A stretch of 18,993 nt of DNA from Oligoflexales bacterium (GTDB taxonomy: Bacteria > Bdellovibrionota_B > Oligoflexia > Oligoflexales > RGVZ01): the NCBI GenBank assembly GCA_044236265.1, contig JBIIGV010000055.1, positions 1 through 18,993 on the forward strand. Direction: 5' to 3'. Shown in pieces: positions 16,637 to 18,993 of this stretch. The notes below the pieces were generated by a model. The model was not told where the DNA came from. It saw nothing but the letters and a program-made list of their open reading frames with translations, and made no database searches. The translations under genes and the position numbers were made by a program. The first letter of the stretch is position 1. Each line of letters opens with the position of its first letter.

Positions 16637-16677
16637 CTGAATTCGCTTTGAGTCGCTTTGAGACGACTCAATTTAAA

Positions 16678-16977
16678 TTACCAGCGATTACGACCACCGC
16701 CGCCGCCGCCGCCGCGATTATCGCGAGGAGCTTGAGGACGTGCCTCGTTAACGGTTAGTCTGCGGCCATCAGCCTCAGAACCATTAAGTTTCTGAATTGC
16801 GGCAGATGCTTCAGCTTCGGTTGCCATTTCGACGAATCCGAAACCTTTGCTGCGACCAGTGTCACGATCCATGACAATTTTGGCGCTTTCGACAGTTCCT
16901 ACGCTGGAAAACAGCGCGTGAAGTCCATCATCTGTTGTACTGTAAGAAATGCCGCCCACGTATAATTTCTTGCCCAT
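16678..16977 (-). CDS. RRM (RNP-1) RNA-binding protein with a Gly/Arg-rich tail, 99 aa
   Basis: MGKKLYVGGI (RNP2), DRDTGRSKGFGFVEM (RNP1), GRRLTVNEARP, GGGGGGGRNRW. Start moved to ATG 16977 to match the usual family N-terminus. Confidence 0.96.
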   Translation of the reverse strand: MGKKLYVGGISYSTTDDGLHALFSSVGTVESAKIVMDRDTGRSKGFGFVEMATEAEASAAIQKLNGSEADGRRLTVNEARPQAPRDNRGGGGGGGRNRW

Positions 16978-17185
16978 AAAAAAAACCCCTTTTTCCTCCA
17001 CCAAGACTTCTGAGAGACCACATTCACTGTGAACCAATCCATCAGAATCTCCGGTTGGAGATTGATTGAGCGGGCAATATACACTCTTTTTAATACAAAG
17101 CTAGGGTGTCTGACTGATTTTGGATAAAAAATATGCAAGAATTCGGTAACCTGCTGAAATTATTTGGTCTGGATAGCTTCGGGTT

Positions 17186-18037
17186 TTAGCCGCTGGCCGC
17201 TACGGAGGACGATAATATCCAGCTTTGAAGATAGTTAAACACCTCATCCTGGTCGGGCTCGTTGTGCAGCTCATGAAGGTCATTCGGCCATAATTTGAAG
17301 GTAGCCCGCTCTCCTAGGGTTCGGCCTAGGTCCTCGGATGCGCGAGGGGACGTTAGTTTGTCTTTAGCCCCGTGAACGATAAGGACCGGTGAGGTAATCT
17401 CCTTTGGTCCACGGGTTTTGATCTGCTCAACACAGCGTAGCCAATCGTTAAACCATCTCACACTTAGTTTGCTGTGGACCAAGGGGTCGCGTTTGTATGC
17501 AGCAACAACTTTAGGGTCTTGTGAGATTCCCTGAATATCTAGCTCATTTCCTAAGACCAGTCCCGGCGCCCAGCGGTCTAAAAACTTCGCCAGGGATATT
17601 TTCCATGCCGGTGGTTCAAACCCCGGAGCAATAGCAGGGCCTGTCGTGATGAGCGTGGTTTGACCAAGTGGACGATTGATGGCAGCCGCCAAAGCGATAG
17701 CACCGCCCATGCTGTGTCCATATACATGGATCGGAACATTGGGATGGTTTTTACGAGCGATCGTGACTAGCTCAGCCACGTCGTCATAAAGCCTGTCAAA
17801 ACTTTCGATGTGACCGCGCTTTCCACTTGAGCGTCCGTGGCCAGCAAGGTCCAATGCATAAACGGCAAACCCTTGGTTACAGAATTTTGTAGCCCAATGT
17901 GTGTATCGTCCTGAGTGCTCACCTAGTCCATGAATTAACACTACAACGCCCTTGACTTGATGATCGGAAGGCTGCCAGCAGCGAACGTGCACAATGCGAT
18001 TTTCTGGTCTGCGCATTTCAAAGTTTGTCGGTCCCAT
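17186..18037 (-). CDS. Alpha/beta hydrolase, monoacylglycerol lipase/lysophospholipase family
   Basis: IHGLGEHSGRY, DLAGHGRSSGKRGHI, nucleophile elbow GHSMGG, HGAKD, HELHNEP. Confidence 0.93.
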   Translation of the reverse strand: MGPTNFEMRRPENRIVHVRCWQPSDHQVKGVVVLIHGLGEHSGRYTHWATKFCNQGFAVYALDLAGHGRSSGKRGHIESFDRLYDDVAELVTIARKNHPNVPIHVYGHSMGGAIALAAAINRPLGQTTLITTGPAIAPGFEPPAWKISLAKFLDRWAPGLVLGNELDIQGISQDPKVVAAYKRDPLVHSKLSVRWFNDWLRCVEQIKTRGPKEITSPVLIVHGAKDKLTSPRASEDLGRTLGERATFKLWPNDLHELHNEPDQDEVFNYLQSWILSSSVAASG

Positions 18038-18249
18038 CGAATATGCCTCTAATTTGCGGTAATTGATGATTTTTTTCTTTAAGCCTCTCAGTATACAGCA
18101 GCCCTAGGAAGATCAGCTCAAAAATTCAGTTTTTAGGGAAAAAATGTCCATAATTTTGGTGCATTTATGGGGTGATCGTGCTAAATCGGCGAGCTCTACT
18201 GTTTTAGATAGTGGAACCTCTTTTTCGAGTAACCTGCGGGGGGGGATTC

Positions 18250-18993
18250 ATGAAGCGCATCGAGCCGTTTGGCGATTATAAGCTGGTGGGATTTAACAAC
18301 CTCACCAAGGCGTTAAGTTTCAATTTGTACGACTTCTGTGTGGCTCGTAACGAGACCGAGCGCTTGTCGTATGTGAAGTATATTTCCGAGAAATACAACG
18401 CCGAGCGCGTCACCAATATTCTCAAGGGTATTTGTGACATTATCGAAGCGAAAGTCTTGGCTGTCAGTGATCAGAACTATGAGCCATGGGGCGCAAGCTC
18501 CATGGTGCTGATGAGCGATATTGCTGGTGGCGGTGCAAGTCCGGATGTAGCCACGTTTAAAGCCATGCATCTTGATAAAAGTCATATCTGTGCTCACACG
18601 TATCCAGATTTTCATAGTGGTGGCAGCATCTGTACGTTCCGTATTGATATTGATATCGCCACCTGCGGCGAAATCACACCGTTACGCGCTCTGAATTATA
18701 TGATGGAAAACTTTGATAACGATGTTGTTGTGATCGACTATGTTGTGCGCGGGTTTACAAGGGATTCTGAGGGTCGTCGTGTATTCCGCGATCACAAGGT
18801 CACGAGTATTCAGGATTTTATTGAGCCGAAAATCTTGAAAGACTACTACTGTGTAGACCTATCCCTTCAGTCGGATAATATTTGGCAAACTAAAATGCTG
18901 CGCGTAAACCAGGATATTCAGACCTATTTCCCGGCAAAGGTTGACCCAAAAGATCCGGCGGTTCAAGGGTATATGGCTGAAATCAATAGAGAA
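18250..18993 (+). CDS. speD: S-adenosylmethionine decarboxylase proenzyme, E. coli-like long form, 3'-truncated by the window edge
   Basis: Absent from the ORF track because there is no stop in the window. My translation: MKRIEPFGDYKLVGFNNLTKALSFNLYDFC...YEPWGAS...HLDKSHICAHTYP...TFRIDIDIATCGEITPLRALNY...IDYVVRGFTRD. The open frame covers 248 codons and includes the DK|SH pyruvoyl cleavage motif. Confidence 0.93.
   Translation, partial: MKRIEPFGDYKLVGFNNLTKALSFNLYDFCVARNETERLSYVKYISEKYNAERVTNILKGICDIIEAKVLAVSDQNYEPWGASSMVLMSDIAGGGASPDVATFKAMHLDKSHICAHTYPDFHSGGSICTFRIDIDIATCGEITPLRALNYMMENFDNDVVVIDYVVRGFTRDSEGRRVFRDHKVTSIQDFIEPKILKDYYCVDLSLQSDNIWQTKMLRVNQDIQTYFPAKVDPKDPAVQGYMAEINRE

Noticed and set aside
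16693..16713. (CCG)n microsatellite
   Set aside because: It encodes the poly-Gly tail that is normal for bacterial RRM proteins.
18313..18615. 100-aa minus-strand ORF in the track
   Set aside because: It is an antisense shadow of speD, which has clear family motifs on the + strand.

Overview
A bacterial chromosomal window with no rRNA, tRNA, CRISPR array, transposase or integrase that I can see. The gene content (unassignable lipoproteins, sigma-28-like promoters, an RRM protein) suggests Bdellovibrionota/Oligoflexia or a similar former deltaproteobacterium; this is inference only. The core is an Fe-S biogenesis operon, rrf2-sufB-sufC-sufD-sufS-sufU-nfu, with an IscR-type palindrome upstream and a GNAT acetyltransferase downstream. 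To its left are the 3' part of a mannonate dehydratase gene, two hypothetical genes that appear to share a domain, a membrane protein with MORN-like repeats, and two divergent lipoproteins (one Cys-rich, one BspA/DUF285-type). To its right are a trypsin-fold protease lipoprotein, a secreted protein whose last 66 residues are half Tyr/Trp, a secreted hypothetical, an RRM RNA-binding protein, an alpha/beta lipase and a truncated E. coli-type speD that the ORF track omits. The best leads are: (1) the 717-1871 two-gene module, with a sigma-28-like promoter, a shared domain, a possible Sm/Hfq-like domain and flanking 16-bp direct repeats; (2) the Tyr/Trp-rich secreted protein next to the protease; (3) a second Cys triad on the Rrf2 regulator; (4) a sigma-28-like promoter upstream of the suf operon. 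All assignments come from motif recognition by eye; no searches were run.
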